Under the pieces are notes generated by a model, which saw nothing but the letters and a program-made list of their open reading frames with translations, searched no databases and was not told the DNA's origin. The position numbers and the translations under genes are program-made. A DNA stretch of 64,000 bases from Anaeramoeba ignava BMAN (lineage: Eukaryota; Protista; Anaeramoebae): contig JAPDFW010000044.1 of the NCBI GenBank assembly GCA_028826165.1, forward strand, positions 248,001 through 312,000. Reading direction: 5' to 3'. Below, piece after piece: positions 13,101 to 25,835 of the stretch. Each line of letters begins with the position of its first letter. Position 1 is the stretch's first letter.

Positions 13101-14282
13101 ATTATATTCACTTCATTGATGGGAAAAAAGAAGTATGAAGAAGCACTTGTAAATATTTTTGAGGAAAATAATACAAAAATTTTGGAAGATAAAATGATTC
13201 TTATCACAAAACAATTACTTAAAGATCAAAATTTTGATTTACTTTTCCATTTTTTGAAAACAGATCTTTTTTCAATTTTTTTAAAAGCATTAAAAATCAA
13301 TAATTCAGTTATATTTGCAAACCAAGATTTAGAAAACTTAGTTGAAGATAATTTCACTTTTAAAGCAATTATGTTTTTATATTATTGTCAATTTTATATG
13401 AAAAATTTTGAAAAAGCAGTACAAATTTTATTAAATTTTAGTTGTCGATTAGAAAAAATGATTGAAGAACAATTTTCTTTAAATGAAAAAATTAATGAAA
13501 AACAAAAATTATTATTTAAATATTTAGAAGATTTTTATGTTTTAATATTATCAACAATAGATTTAATGAAAAATAGAGAAGGAATATTATTTAAAACGAA
13601 AGATATTTCCATATTTTCTGAAATACCTTTTGAAGATTTAAATGAAAAAAATGAAAATTTGATTGAAAATTTAAATGAAAATGAAAATTTAATTGAAAAT
13701 GAAAATGAAGATTTAAAAGAATTTTTACTTAAAATTCAAAATGAATTTGTATTTGAAAATCAAAATCAAAATCAAAATCAAAATCTTAGACTTCAAATTC
13801 TAACTGATTCTGATATAAAAAAGAAATGGTTCTTCTTTAAATATCTTAACAAAATTATTGAAAACGAAAGAAATTTTAATTTAAGTTAGTTTTGTTTAAT
13901 TTTAAATTTATTTAATTTAATTTTTAAATTTATTTAATTTAATTTTAATTTAATATTTTTAGGAAATCTAATTAATCCTAAAGAAATTTTGAACATTTTA
14001 TTTCAAGAATTTAATTATAATGATGCTTTTACATTTTCATTTCAATTCAAACATTTAAAAAGAATTTTTTTGAAAAAATTTTTTGAAATTTGTAAAAAAA
14101 TTGAAATGAAAATTGAAAAAGAAAAAGAAAAAGAAGAAGAAAATAATTTTCAAGAAATTTTTGAAGAATATCAACTTTTTAAAATTGATTATTTTGATGG
14201 ATTAGAAATTGAAAGATTTTCTCATTTAAATTGTCTTCGTTTTTTTGGACAAAGATTTAAATTAACTAGAAACAAAATTTAA
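10168..14282 (+). CDS. NUP160: Large multi-exon protein, probably nucleoporin Nup160/Nup120
   Basis: About 1200 aa over ~5 exons, with a beta-rich N-terminus and helical C-terminus. The segments FTSLMGKKKYEEALVNI and LYYCQFYMKNFEKAVQILLNFSCRL resemble conserved Nup160 C-terminal motifs, as recalled. Confidence 0.55.
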
Positions 14283-14407
14283 AATTAATTTTAAAAGTAA
14301 AAAAAAAAAATGGAAAAAAAAAAGTGGAACAAAAATTTAAAAATAATTTTTTTTTTCATTTTTTTCATTTTTTTCATTTTTCTTTTCTTTTCGGTTTTTT
14401 AAAAAAA

Positions 14408-14977
14408 ATGGTTTATTTTAAAGATTGGGAAGAATTTCATGAAGCTTCAATGAAATTATATCAATCAAATCCACAAAAAGTTTGAAAAAAAAAAAATAAA
14501 AAAAAAATAAAAAAAAATATATAAAAAATTTTTTAAAAAAATAAAACAAATAAAAGAAGATAAAAAAACTAATTTACATAAAAAATAAACAAACATAATG
14601 AATTAAAATAAATTAATGCAAAAAAAAGACACGATTTACAATGAAATATAGACATTGTGATGGAGTTTTAGTTTTAAAAGTTACAGATGATAAAACAGTT
14701 TGTTTAAAAAAACAGAAGAAAAAAAATAAAAGAAAAATAAAATAAAATAACAATTTGTTTTGTTATATTGTAATAGTGTTTAAAATATGCAGTTTCTTAT
14801 TCACAAGATTTACATGAAGTTGAAAAAATTACAAATTCACTTTTAAGATTAATGGCTAGTAAAGATATTCAAGAACCAAAAAAACCTCAACAATCAAATA
14901 ATCAACAAGATAATGAAAAGGAAAAGCCTAAAAACAATCAAAATAAACAAAATAAAAGGAAGAAACATCAAGATTAA
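14408..14977 (+). CDS. SRP9: Signal recognition particle 9 kDa subunit, 3 exons (not in the ORF track)
   Basis: Exons 14408-14479, 14629-14697 and 14777-14977 give MVYFKDWEEFHEASMKLYQSNPQK-TRFTMKYRHCDGVLVLKVTDDKT-CLKYAVSYSQDLHEVEKITNSLLRLMA..., with a K/N/Q-rich tail. Confidence 0.9.
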
Positions 14978-15113
14978 ATAAAAGAATATGAAAAAAAAAA
15001 GATTCAATTAAATTCAAAAAAAAAAGAAATTTTTCAATTAAAAATTTTACTTTAAAAATTTATTTTAGAAAATCAATAATAAAAAAAAAAAAAAAGAAAG
15101 AAAGAAAATCAAT

Positions 15114-18100
15114 TCATTTTTGTTTCTTTTCTTGTTGAAAAGGTTGTAATTTTGTTAATTCTTGAATTAATTGATTTCTCATTTTTGATTGTTTATCTTT
15201 TGGTTTTTCTTTTAATTTATCTTTTGGTTTTTCTTTTAATTTTTCTTTTGGTTTTTCTTTTAATTTTTCTTTTGGTTTTTCTTTTAAAATTTTTTCATTA
15301 ACTTCTTCTAAATTTATTAATTCTTGTTTCAATTTAGTTTCTTCTTGAGATAATTTTTGAACTTCTTGTTTCAATAATTCAACTTGTTCAGATAAATCAG
15401 AACAAGTTTTACGAATTTTTTTAATTCTTTCTAATTTTTTTTCAATATTTAAAGGAGTTAAATGTTTCATATAATATCTAAAAAAAAGAAAGAAAAGAAG
15501 AATAAAAAAGAATGAATAAAAAACAAGAAAAACAAACGAAGAAATAAAAGAGGAAAAGATTAAAAGCAAAAGGGGGTATAATACCTTTCCCAAAAACTTA
15601 AATGCCTCATTGAAGTACTTGGTCTAATTGGACCATCAATTTTTTTATAAAGTTCATTTACATATAATTGCTTATTATTATTAACAAAAGTCCATAAAGA
15701 ATAAGTATTTTTCCTCAAATTTGAAGAATCTCTTTCAGAATCGCAATTAAACATAAAAGTTCCAAAACGCAATGAAAACAAATGCTCCAAAATTGTGAGT
15801 AACAAAACCTCATTAAATTCAAAAGCGTTAGGAAGTTGATGTAAGCATTGATAGACACAATCAATCCATTGAAGAAATATTGGTGATCTTTGTGTGTCTG
15901 AGTATTTTTTGTCTGCATATCCATGTCTCTGTGCGAATTTATGTCCAAATTGAATCCAATCTTTTTCAATCAATACTTCAAATCCTTCCAATGTTCTATA
16001 ATAAGGATCTTCAAGTAATTGTGTCAATCCACTCACTTGCGAAGTGTTATGCACAATTATTCTTCCAATTCCTGCTTGGAAGTGCTGGTTATCTGTTGAC
16101 ACGTCATAAACATATCCTTTGCATTTTCCAATTATTTTTTTGCTTTTCAAAATGTTTTCTTTTTCAATTGATTTTTTTCCTTTTTCAATTATTGAAATCC
16201 AGTATTTTTTTCTTGCTTCATCATATCCTATTTCCATTTCATTTTCTCTTGTATTTCTTAATAAAATGAAAATTCCTGATAATAATATTTGACTTTCTGA
16301 AAAAATATTCACTGAGTTTCTTGAGTTTAATTGATATAATTGAGCTTTGAAATTTTGTGTTGAAATGGAATCAAAAAATCCTTTCAAAAATTCTTTTTGA
16401 TTATCATTATTTGTGTTTAAAATGAAATTTGGAATTTTCTTATTATAATCTTTATCAAAAAAATGATATTTGAAAAATTGAATGAATTCTTGATTTTGAT
16501 TTTCTAAAGAAAGAGAAAAATTGCCATCATTTTGTTTTTCAATTATAAAATTTAAAGAGATTAAATTTGATTCATTTTGAGTTGTTTTTTGGGAATTGGT
16601 TTTAATTAAACATTGCAAAACGAGTTTAGCTTGGATTAAAACATTTTCATTTTGATGAGAAATGGAAATGTTTTTGTTTTGCCAATCTAAGATTCCAGAA
16701 GCAACAAACAAACCAAAAAACCAAGCAATTTTCTTAGAGAAAAATATGGGTTGATTTTGTTGAAAAACTTGAATATAATCAAATTGATGCAAATTAGATA
16801 ATTTTGGAGGATCATTATGAAGTAATTGATCTCCAACTTCAACATTTTCAACTTTAACGCATTTTCCTGAAGGATTTAATAAAGAATGGCCTGTTGTTAC
16901 ATTAACACAAGCTGTTTTTGTTGAAACCATAACAATTTCTTCAGAAGTGAAATGGCGAATAATTTGATTCACATTTGAAAATCCATTTTCAGTCCAAACT
17001 TGCAAATTATTTAAAGGTTTGTTAGTTTCTTTTTGATGAATTTTTTCATCCAAAATCCATTTGCATTCATGATCATATAATTCATCAATTCGTGAAATGA
17101 ATATTTCCTTATTTTGTGAGTTCCGACAAATTAAAGGGGTTTCTCCAGTAACGCTTCTATCCCATCCATCAGAACAATGGATAAGAACAGATTGATTACT
17201 TTCTAAATAATCAGCGACTTTAATTGAAGAAAAGAGGATTTTTTGGATATAATGAAGCCAATTTGTTTCATCTAATAAACTGAACCATTTTTTGTCATCA
17301 TTTTCTGTTGTTGATGTTGTTTGAATGCATAAATTTCTTAATTTTGTTAAACTATCTCTCATTGAGTGAATATTATCAATTCCAAGAAATTCCAATTTAC
17401 AATTTGGATAATTTTCCGATTTTTCATATCCACCTCCTTTTGCAATATTTCCTATTGCGTTTGCTTTTGGTCTACAATCTATAATTTTAAGTTTTCTGTT
17501 TTTAGGGTTTGTTTGACCGATTGTTGATAAGAAATTTTCATCAACTTCTGATCTTGATCTTGAAATACCTTTTAAATTAAATTTTGTATTATAAATTTTT
17601 ATAAATAAATTTTGATAAATCTTATAAATAAATTTTGTATTATAAATTTTGTATTATAAATTTTATAAATAAATTTTGTTAAATAAATTTTGTATTATAA
17701 ATTTTGTATTATAAATTTTGATAAATTAAATAAATTTTATAAATAAATTTTATAAATAAATTTTATAAATAAATTTTATAAATAAATTTTATAAATAAAT
17801 TTTGTAAATAAATTTTATAAATAAATTTTGATACCAATTTTGGGTTGAGATGAACGTGTTATTGTTGAATAATTTATTGGATGTTTCCATGTTAAAGAAG
17901 GTAATCTATTTTTTGTTCTAAATTCTGCAATTTTCTTTAATTTTTGTTCTTCTACTCCTTGAGGAAAAACAAGAATTTTTGGATAACTTGGACATAAACT
18001 ATAATTTTTATTAATATAAGAAACTTGCCAATGTTGAGGTGATAATTCTAAATTTGAATATAAATAAAAATCAAAATGATTTTTCGTTTTGTTTTGTTTT

Positions 18101-20645
18101 GTTTTTGTTTTTTTTTTGAGAATTTTTTGTTGAAATTTTAAATGAATTAAAATTTAATCCAAATATTTTATACTCATTCTTGAAAATTCTTTTTCAATTT
18201 GATAAATTTCCCATCCAAAATCAATTTTTTCTTCATTTTTATGAATCCATGCAAATGTATTTTCAATATTTCCTGGAAATGCAACTGATGATAAAGTGTC
18301 TAAAAAGGATTTATAATTTTGTCTTTGATAAGGAAGATAGAATTTTGTTGTACGGAATTCTTTATGGAATATTTCAAATCCATAAGAAAATTTTCCTGAT
18401 AATTTAAAAGGATAATTTAATTGAATTTTGATTTTGATTTAAATATTTGATTTAAATATTAATTTAAATATTAATTTAAATATTTAATTTAAATATTAAT
18501 TTAAATATTTGATTTAAATATTGATTTAAATATTGATTTAAATATTTGATTTAAATATTAATTTAAATATTTGATTTAAATATTAGATTTAAATATTTGA
18601 TTTTGATTTAAATATTTGATTTAAATATTAATTTAAATATTAATTTAAATATTTGATTTAAATATTGATTTAAATATTAATTTAAATATTAATTTAAATA
18701 TTGATTTAAATATTTGATTTAAATATTAATTTAAATATTTGATTTAAATATTAATTTAAATATTAATTTAAATATTGATTTAAATATTTAATTTAAATAT
18801 TAATTTAAATATTTCATTTAATTGAATTTTGAAAAAAGAATTACCTCTGCTTTTAATTCCACCAAATGGTTGAATTCTATGAATTTGTCCTAAAGGAATT
18901 TGTGGAAAAGCTTCTTTTGGTTCAAAATTCTAAAAAAAAGAAAAAAAAATATTTAAAATTTTTTTGATCAAAATAAATAAATTTTAAATTAAATTTTGAT
19001 TTTATAATAATTTATATACTAAAGCACTTAAATCATCTGGAACAAAATATAATTTATAATTTGTTAATCTAACATGTCCAGGAATTGCTGATGTTCTTAA
19101 AACATCTTGTGGAAACAAATAAAATACTTTAGGAGCTAAAGACATTGCTTTTTCATTTTCAAGTAATTCTGGTTCTTGAAATTTAAATTTATATCCTGTT
19201 GATTTTTCAGTCTATATCAATTTAAAATTATTATTAAAATTATTATTAAAATTATTATTAAAATTATTATTAAATTTATTATTAAATTTATTATTAAAAT
19301 TATTATTAAAATTATTATTAAATTTATTATTAAAATTATTATTAAATTTATTATTAAATTTATTATTAAAATGATTATTAAATTTATTATTAAAATTATT
19401 ATTAAATTTATTATTAAAATTATTATTAAAATTATTATTAAATTTATTATTAAAATTATTATTAAAATTTATTATTAAAATTATTTATTATTAAATTTAT
19501 TATTAAATTATTATTAAAATTTATTATTAAAATTATTATTAAAATTATTATTAAAATTATTATTAAAATTATTATTAAAATTATTATTAAATTTATTATT
19601 AAATTTATTATTAAAATTATTATTAAAATTATTATTAAAATTATTATTAAAATTATTATTAAAATTATTATTAAAATTATTATTAAAATTATTATTAAAA
19701 TTGATTATTAAATTTATTATTAAATTTATTAATAAATTTATTATTAAAATTATTATTAAAATTATTATTAAAATTTATTATTAAAATTTATTATTAAAAT
19801 TATTATTAAAATTATTATTTAAATTTATTATTAAATTTATTATTAAAATTATTATTAAATTTATTATTAAAATTATTATTAAATTTATTATTAAAAATTA
19901 TTATTAAATTTATTATTAAAATTATTATTAAAATTATTATTAAAATTATTATTAAATTTATTATTAAAATTATTATTAAAATTATAATTAAATTTATTAT
20001 TAAAATTATTATTAAAATTATTATTAAAATTATTATTAAATAACTCACCTTTGTATTAATAAAGGTTGGAAGAAAATCCGTCTATAAAGAAAATGAAAAA
20101 AATTGATTAAAAAATTTGTAATTAAAAAAGAATCCAATTTCGATAATATAAAAGGTCATTAAAACAATTTTTTGAATTTGTTTTTCAGAATTTTAAATTG
20201 AATTTTAAATAATAAATAAATAAGAAAAATTTAAGTAAACTTTGAAAAGAGAAAATTACAGAAAGATCATCAAGATCCATTTTAAGAGGAACTTGACCAA
20301 AAACTTGAGAAATAAGTTCATCTTCTTTTCTTTCAGTATCCTGAATTTGTTGAAAATTTGGTAATGATTCATCATTAGAAATTACAATTTGGTTATCATT
20401 GTTTTCATCATCAGAATCTTTTAAGTTTTTTTCTTTTGTTATTTTTATTGCTTGATTTTTTATTGAAGTTAAAAATTCAAATTTAGCATCAAATAACTCT
20501 TCATCAACATCTGATCCTTCATCAGATTTTTTATCAATAAGAGTTTGCTGAAATTTTTGGATGTTTCTTTAGGTCTTGGTGGAATGGGCGGAGCTCGTCT
20601 TGGACGCTCTGTGTTTTGATTTTGAGGTGAAGAATTTTGACTCAT
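15114..20645 (-). CDS. Myotubularin-family phosphoinositide 3-phosphatase (GRAM, PTP-like, coiled coil), intein-containing precursor
   Basis: Multi-exon gene. Motifs: GRAM (GHVRLTNYKLYF), LCPSYP, FRTKNRLP, IIDCRPKANA..GGGYE, FLGIDNIHSMRDSL, VLIHCSDGWDR|T, DPYYRTLEGF..IEKDW..FGHKF, SPIFLQWIDCV. The intein-bearing exon is 17568-15585 and the last exon 15477-15114. There is a probable homopolymer frameshift near 20555. Confidence 0.92.
16046..17155 (-). mobile_element. Intein (370 aa, Ser1...His-Asn, +1 Thr) with a degenerate LAGLIDADG homing endonuclease
   Basis: In-frame 1110-nt insertion between R and T of CSDGWDRT. Block A SVTGETPLICR, block B VNVTTGHSLL (TxxH), block C WFFGLFVASG, block E EFLKGFFDS, block F GYVYDVSTDNQHFQAG, block G IIVHN/T. 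Confidence 0.95.
19225..20040. repeat. Myotubularin intron filled with a 12-mer (AAAATTATTATT)n
   Basis: Directly visible. Confidence 0.9.
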
Positions 20646-20846
20646 TTTTTTTTTTTAAAATTTAAAAAGAAATTTAAAAAGAAATTTAAAAAGAAAACAA
20701 ACAAACAAAAGAAAAGAAAAGAAAAAATGATTTTTTTTTCAAATTTTATTTTTTCATTTTTTCTTTCTTTTCTTATTTTTTTTTTGTTGTTTTTCTTTAT
20801 TTTTTATTTTCCTTTTTTTTTTTATTAAATTTTAAATATTCAAAAA

Positions 20847-23499
20847 ATGTCTTTAATAAAAGAAGTTTGGTCTCATAATTTAGTTGAAGAAATTCGAGAA
20901 ATTTGTGATATTGTTGAAAAATATCCTTATATTGGAATGGTACAACTAAATTTACAACTAAATTTATCTATTAAATTTATAACAAAATATATAATTAAAT
21001 TTATAATTATATTTATAATTAAATTTATAATAAAATTTATAATTAAATTTATAATTAAATTTATAATTAAATTTATAATTAAATTTATAATTAAATTTAT
21101 AATTAAATTTATAATTATATTTATTATTAAATTTATAACTAAATTTATCTATTAAATTTATTTAAATTTAAATATAAATATATTAAATTTATATTTATAT
21201 TTATAATTAAATTTATAATTTATAATTTTTTATATTAAATTTATAACAAAATTTATTTATTAAATTTATAATTAAATTTATAATTAAAATTTATAATTAA
21301 ATTTATAATTAAATTTATAATTAAATTTATAATTAAATTTATAATTAAATTTATAATTAAATTTATAATTAAATTTATAATTATATTTATAATTAAATTT
21401 ATAATTAAATTTATAATTATTAAATTTATAACAAAATTTATAATTAAATTTATAATTAAATTTATAATTAAAATTATTATTAAATTTATAATTAAAAGGA
21501 TACTGAATTTATAATTAAATTTATAACTAAATTCATAATGCATTTCATTTAAATAATTAAATTTATAATTAAATTTATAATTAAATGTTAATAAACTTAA
21601 AATTATTAAAATTGGTTTAATTTTTAAAATTATTATTAAATTTTAATTAAATGGAACTTGAATTTGGAATTTAACTTTCAATTTGATTCAAGAAAAGTAA
21701 TTTCTCATCTTTTTAATTTTTTTTGATATAATTAAATTTTATAATGAAAATGAACTAAATTAAAATTAAAATTATAATTAAAATTATTTAACTTTTACAG
21801 ATGAAAATGGAAATTTAAAATTAAAATTAAAATTAAAAATAAAACTTAAAATTAAAATCTAAAATTAGAATTTAAAATTTTTAATTATTTTTGATAAAAT
21901 TAAATTTTAAAATTAAAATGAAAATCAAATTAAAATTAAAATTAAAATTAAAATTAAAATTAAAATGAAAATTAAAATTAAAATCAAAATTAAATTTAAA
22001 ATTAAAATTCAAATTAAAATTAAAATTAAATTTAAAATTAAAATTAAAATTTAAAAGAAAAGATCAATATGCACAAGATAGTATCAATTTATTGAAAAAT
22101 TCAGGAATAGATTTTGAAAAATTCAAAAAAGATGGAATTGTTGGATCAGATTTTGCAGAATTAATTACAACAAGTGGAGCAGTTTTATCAGATTCAGTGA
22201 CATGGATTTCATATCATAGTTGTTATGATTTTGGTTATTTATATCGAATTTTAACAAATTTAGAACTTCCAAAAAAACTTGGTGATTTCCTTGAGGATTT
22301 AGTTTATTATTTTCCTGTTGTTTATGATATTAAATATATTGCTAAAGCAAAATTTGTTCATTATGGTGGTTTACAAGATTTAGCTGAAACTTTAAAAGTG
22401 ATTTCCTTTTAAAAATTAAAATTAAAATTAAAATTAAAATTTAAAATTAAAATTAAAATTAAAATTAAAATTAAAATTTAAAATTAAAATTAAAATTATT
22501 AATAAAATTAAAAATTAAAATTAAAATTAAAATTAAAATTAAAAATTAAAATTAAAATTAAAATTAAAATTTAAAATTAAAATTAAAATTAAAATTAAAA
22601 TTAAAATTAAAATTAAAATTAAAATTAAAATTAAAATTAAAATCAAAAATTAAAATTAAAATTAAAATTAAAATTAAAATTAAAATTAAAATTAAAATTA
22701 AAATTAAAATTAAAATTAAAATTAAAATTAAAATTAATAAAATTAAAATTAAAATTTAAAAATTAAAATTAAAATTTTAAAATTAAAATTAAAATTAAAA
22801 TTAAAATTAAAATTAAAATTAAAATTAAAATTAAAATCAAAAATAAAAATTAAAATTAAAATTAAAAATTTGGAAATTAAAATTAAAATCAAAAATTAAA
22901 AATTAAAATTAAAATTAAAATTAAAATTAAAAATCAAAAATTAAAATCAAAATTAAAAATAAAAATTAAAATTAAAATTAAAATTTAAAATTAAAATCAA
23001 AATCAAAATTAAAATTAAAATTAAAATTAAATTTTTAAATTTTAATTTAAAATCGGATAAAAATTATAATTAAAATTAAAATTAAAATTAAAATCAAAAT
23101 CTAAAATTAAAATTAAAATTAAAATTAAAATTAAAATTAAATTTAAAATTAAAATTAAAATTAAAATTAAAATTAAAATTAAAATTAAAATTAAAATTAA
23201 AAATAAAATTAAAAATTAAAATTAAAATTAAAATTTAAATTAAAATCGGATAAAAAATAATAAAAAAGGTGGAAAGAATTGGACCACAACATCAAGCAGG
23301 AAGTGATAGTTTATTAACATCAAAAACATTTTTTAAATTTCGAGAACAATATTTACAAGGAACATCACTTGAAATTTATAAAAACAAAATTTATGATTTT
23401 GTTGAACCACCACAAACAAGAATAACAAATCCACCAAATTTAACTTATAATACTCAAACACCTTATTGGCCACCTGATTCTCATAATTCACATTATTAA
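20847..23499 (+). CDS. CAF1: CCR4-NOT deadenylase subunit CAF1/POP2 (CNOT7/8); middle exons garbled
   Basis: Motifs IKEVWSHNLVEE..KYPYIGM|DTEF (~21499), YAQDSINLLKNSGIDF, WISYHSCYDFGYL, YDIKY, GGLQDLA and ERIGPQHQAGSDSLLT. Confidence 0.9.
22415..23245 (+). repeat. CAF1 intron filled with (AAAATT)n
   Basis: Directly visible. The same hexamer fills introns at about 6740-7125, 48810-49050 and 50165-50850. Confidence 0.9.
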
Positions 23500-23671
23500 T
23501 TAACACAAAAAAAAAAAAGAGAAAAAAAAAGAGAAAAAAAAAATTTTTTTTTTGATTAATTTTTAATTTTCTAAAAATAAAAAAATTTTTTTCAATTTAT
23601 ATTTTTCATTTTTTTCTTTCTTTTTTGTTTGTTTTTTTTAAATTGTGTTTTTTTTTGTTTAAATTTTTAAA

Positions 23672-25835
23672 ATGGGAAATTGTGATAGTAAAGGAAAAGA
23701 AATGTTTGAAAGAAGTAAAAAGATTGAAAAGAAAATAAAAGATGATCAAGCAGCTTTCGAGAATGAAATAAAATTACTTCTTTTAGGTTTATAATTTGAT
23801 TTAAAACCAACAAAAATAACAAAAATAAAATTTTGCTTTCTTTTCATTTTTTCAATTCAAAATTCAAATCAAAAATTCAATTCAAAATTTAAATGAAAAA
23901 ATTTTCTTTTTTTCATTTTTTTTTTGTTTTTATAATAAAAATTAGGTTCTGGTGATTCAGGAAAATCAACTTTTGCAAGACAAATGAAAATTGTTCATTT
24001 AAATGGTTTTAGTTTAAAAGAAAAGAAAGAATTTATTCCTCCAATTTATAATAATATTATTCAGAATATAAAATCATTAATTCTTGCTTCAAAACGTTTT
24101 GAAATTTCACTTTCTCCACAAAATGAAGTAAATCTAAAAATTAAAATTTAATTCAAAATTCAAAATCAAAATTAAAATTATTTAAAGGAAAAAGCTGAAT
24201 ATTTTGAAAAAGTTTCACCTTATGATTCAAATTTAAATCCAGAAATTGCTAAAAATGTTATTTCTCTTTGGGAAGATAAAATTCAATCAACATTTCAACT
24301 TTCTTGAAAAACGTTTTGAAATTGATAATTTCTCCACAAAATAAATAAATATAAAAATTAAAATATTCAAAATTCAAAATTCAAAATTATATTCAAATTT
24401 AAATAGGAAAAATAAATATTTTAAAAAAATATTCAAAATAAATATTCAATATAAATATTCAAAATAAATATTTAAAATATCCAAAATAAATATTGGGAAA
24501 ATAAAGGAATTCAAAAATATTTAAAATATTCAAAATAAATATTCAAAATAAATATTTCAAAATAAATATTTAAAATATTCAAAATAATACAAATAAATAT
24601 TCAAAATAAATATTCAAAATATTCAAAATATCCAAAATATTCAAAATATTCAAAATATTCAAAATAATATATTTAAAATAAATATTCAAAATAAATATTC
24701 AAAATAAATATTCAAAATAAATATTTAAAATAAATATTCAAAATATTCAAAATAAATATTCTAATAAATATTCAAAATATTTAAAATAATATATTTAAAA
24801 TATATATTTAAAATATTTAATAGTTTTTTCTCTCGTTTGGATGAAATTTCACAAGTTGATTATGTTCCTTCTGTTCAAGATATTTTAAATGTTAGAATTA
24901 AAACTACTGGTATTACAGAAACTCAATTTTCAACTAAAGATTTATCTTTTATTCTTATTGATGTTGGAGGACAAAGAAATGAAAGAAAGAAATGGTATTA
25001 AAAATTTAATTTATTTTCAATTTAACTTTTAAAATTAATTTTGAAAATTTTTAATTATTTTTTTTTATAATTAGGATTCATTGTTTCCAAGTAAAAAAAA
25101 AGAAATTTAAATTTAGATTAAAATTAAAATCAAAATCAAAATTAAAATTAAAATCAAAATCAAAATTAAATTTAAAATTAAAATTAAAATTAAAATCGGA
25201 TAAAAAATTAATATTAAAATTAAAATTAAAATTTAAATTAAAAATTAAAATTAAAATCAAAATAAAATCAAAATCAAATTTAAATTTAAAATTAAAATTA
25301 AAATTTAAATTAAAAATTAAAATTAAAATCGGATAAAAAATTAATATTAAAAAAAGGGAGTAACTGCATTAATATTTTGTGTATCAGCAAGTGAATATGA
25401 TCAAACATTATTTGAAGATGAAAATCAAAATAGAATGCATGAATCAATATCATTATTTGCAGAAATATGTGATTCACAATGGTTTCAAGCAACATCAATA
25501 ATATTATTTTTTAATAAAATGGATCTTTTTGAGCAAAAAATTAAAAAAGTTGATTTAAAAGTTTGTTTTAATGATTATGAAGGTGGAAAAGATGAAAAAA
25601 AAGCAATTGATTTTATTAAAGAAAAATTTTTATCTCTTAATAAAAACAAAGATAGACAAATTTATCCTCATGAAACTTGTGCTACAAATACAGATAATAT
25701 TAGAAAAGTTTTTGAAGGTTTGTTTTTTTTAAATTAAAATTTAAATCGGATAAAAATTTTTTATTTAATTTTTTATTTAATTTTTTAATTAATTTTTTAG
25801 GTGTTAAAGAAACACTTCTTAAAACAGTTCTTTAA
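23672..25835 (+). CDS. Heterotrimeric G protein alpha subunit (multi-exon; region 24280-24520 garbled; exact 3' end uncertain)
   Basis: MGNC acylation start, KLLLLG|[27 protein letters not shown], a 16-nt micro-exon at 25075-25090 (WIHCFQ), NKMD and ETCAT. Confidence 0.93.

Noticed and set aside
15715-16269. Alternative-frame and antisense ORFs over myotubularin/intein, and similar short ORFs over WDR75, GT61 and ANK-BTB
   Set aside because: They have no recognisable motifs and are shadows of the real coding frames.
16046-17155. Insertion as a spliceosomal or self-splicing intron, or a Hedgehog-type Hint domain
   Set aside because: It has no GT-AG ends, is an open frame of exactly 370 codons, ends in His-Asn before Thr, contains endonuclease remnants and is flanked by both extein halves. 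This is a true intein layout.
21495-21820. CAF1 middle exons appear scrambled (DTEF, NVNKLKII.IGL, W.FNF, then LTFTDENGNL out of order)
   Set aside because: Coding fragments blend into the flanking repeats, typical of consensus or polishing failure in low-complexity DNA. Exon scrambling, trans-splicing or pseudogenisation of this conserved gene cannot be claimed without raw reads.
24280-24520. Apparent internal duplication and stop in G-alpha
   Set aside because: A garbled echo of 24090-24290 merged with an AAAATATTC repeat; most likely misassembly.
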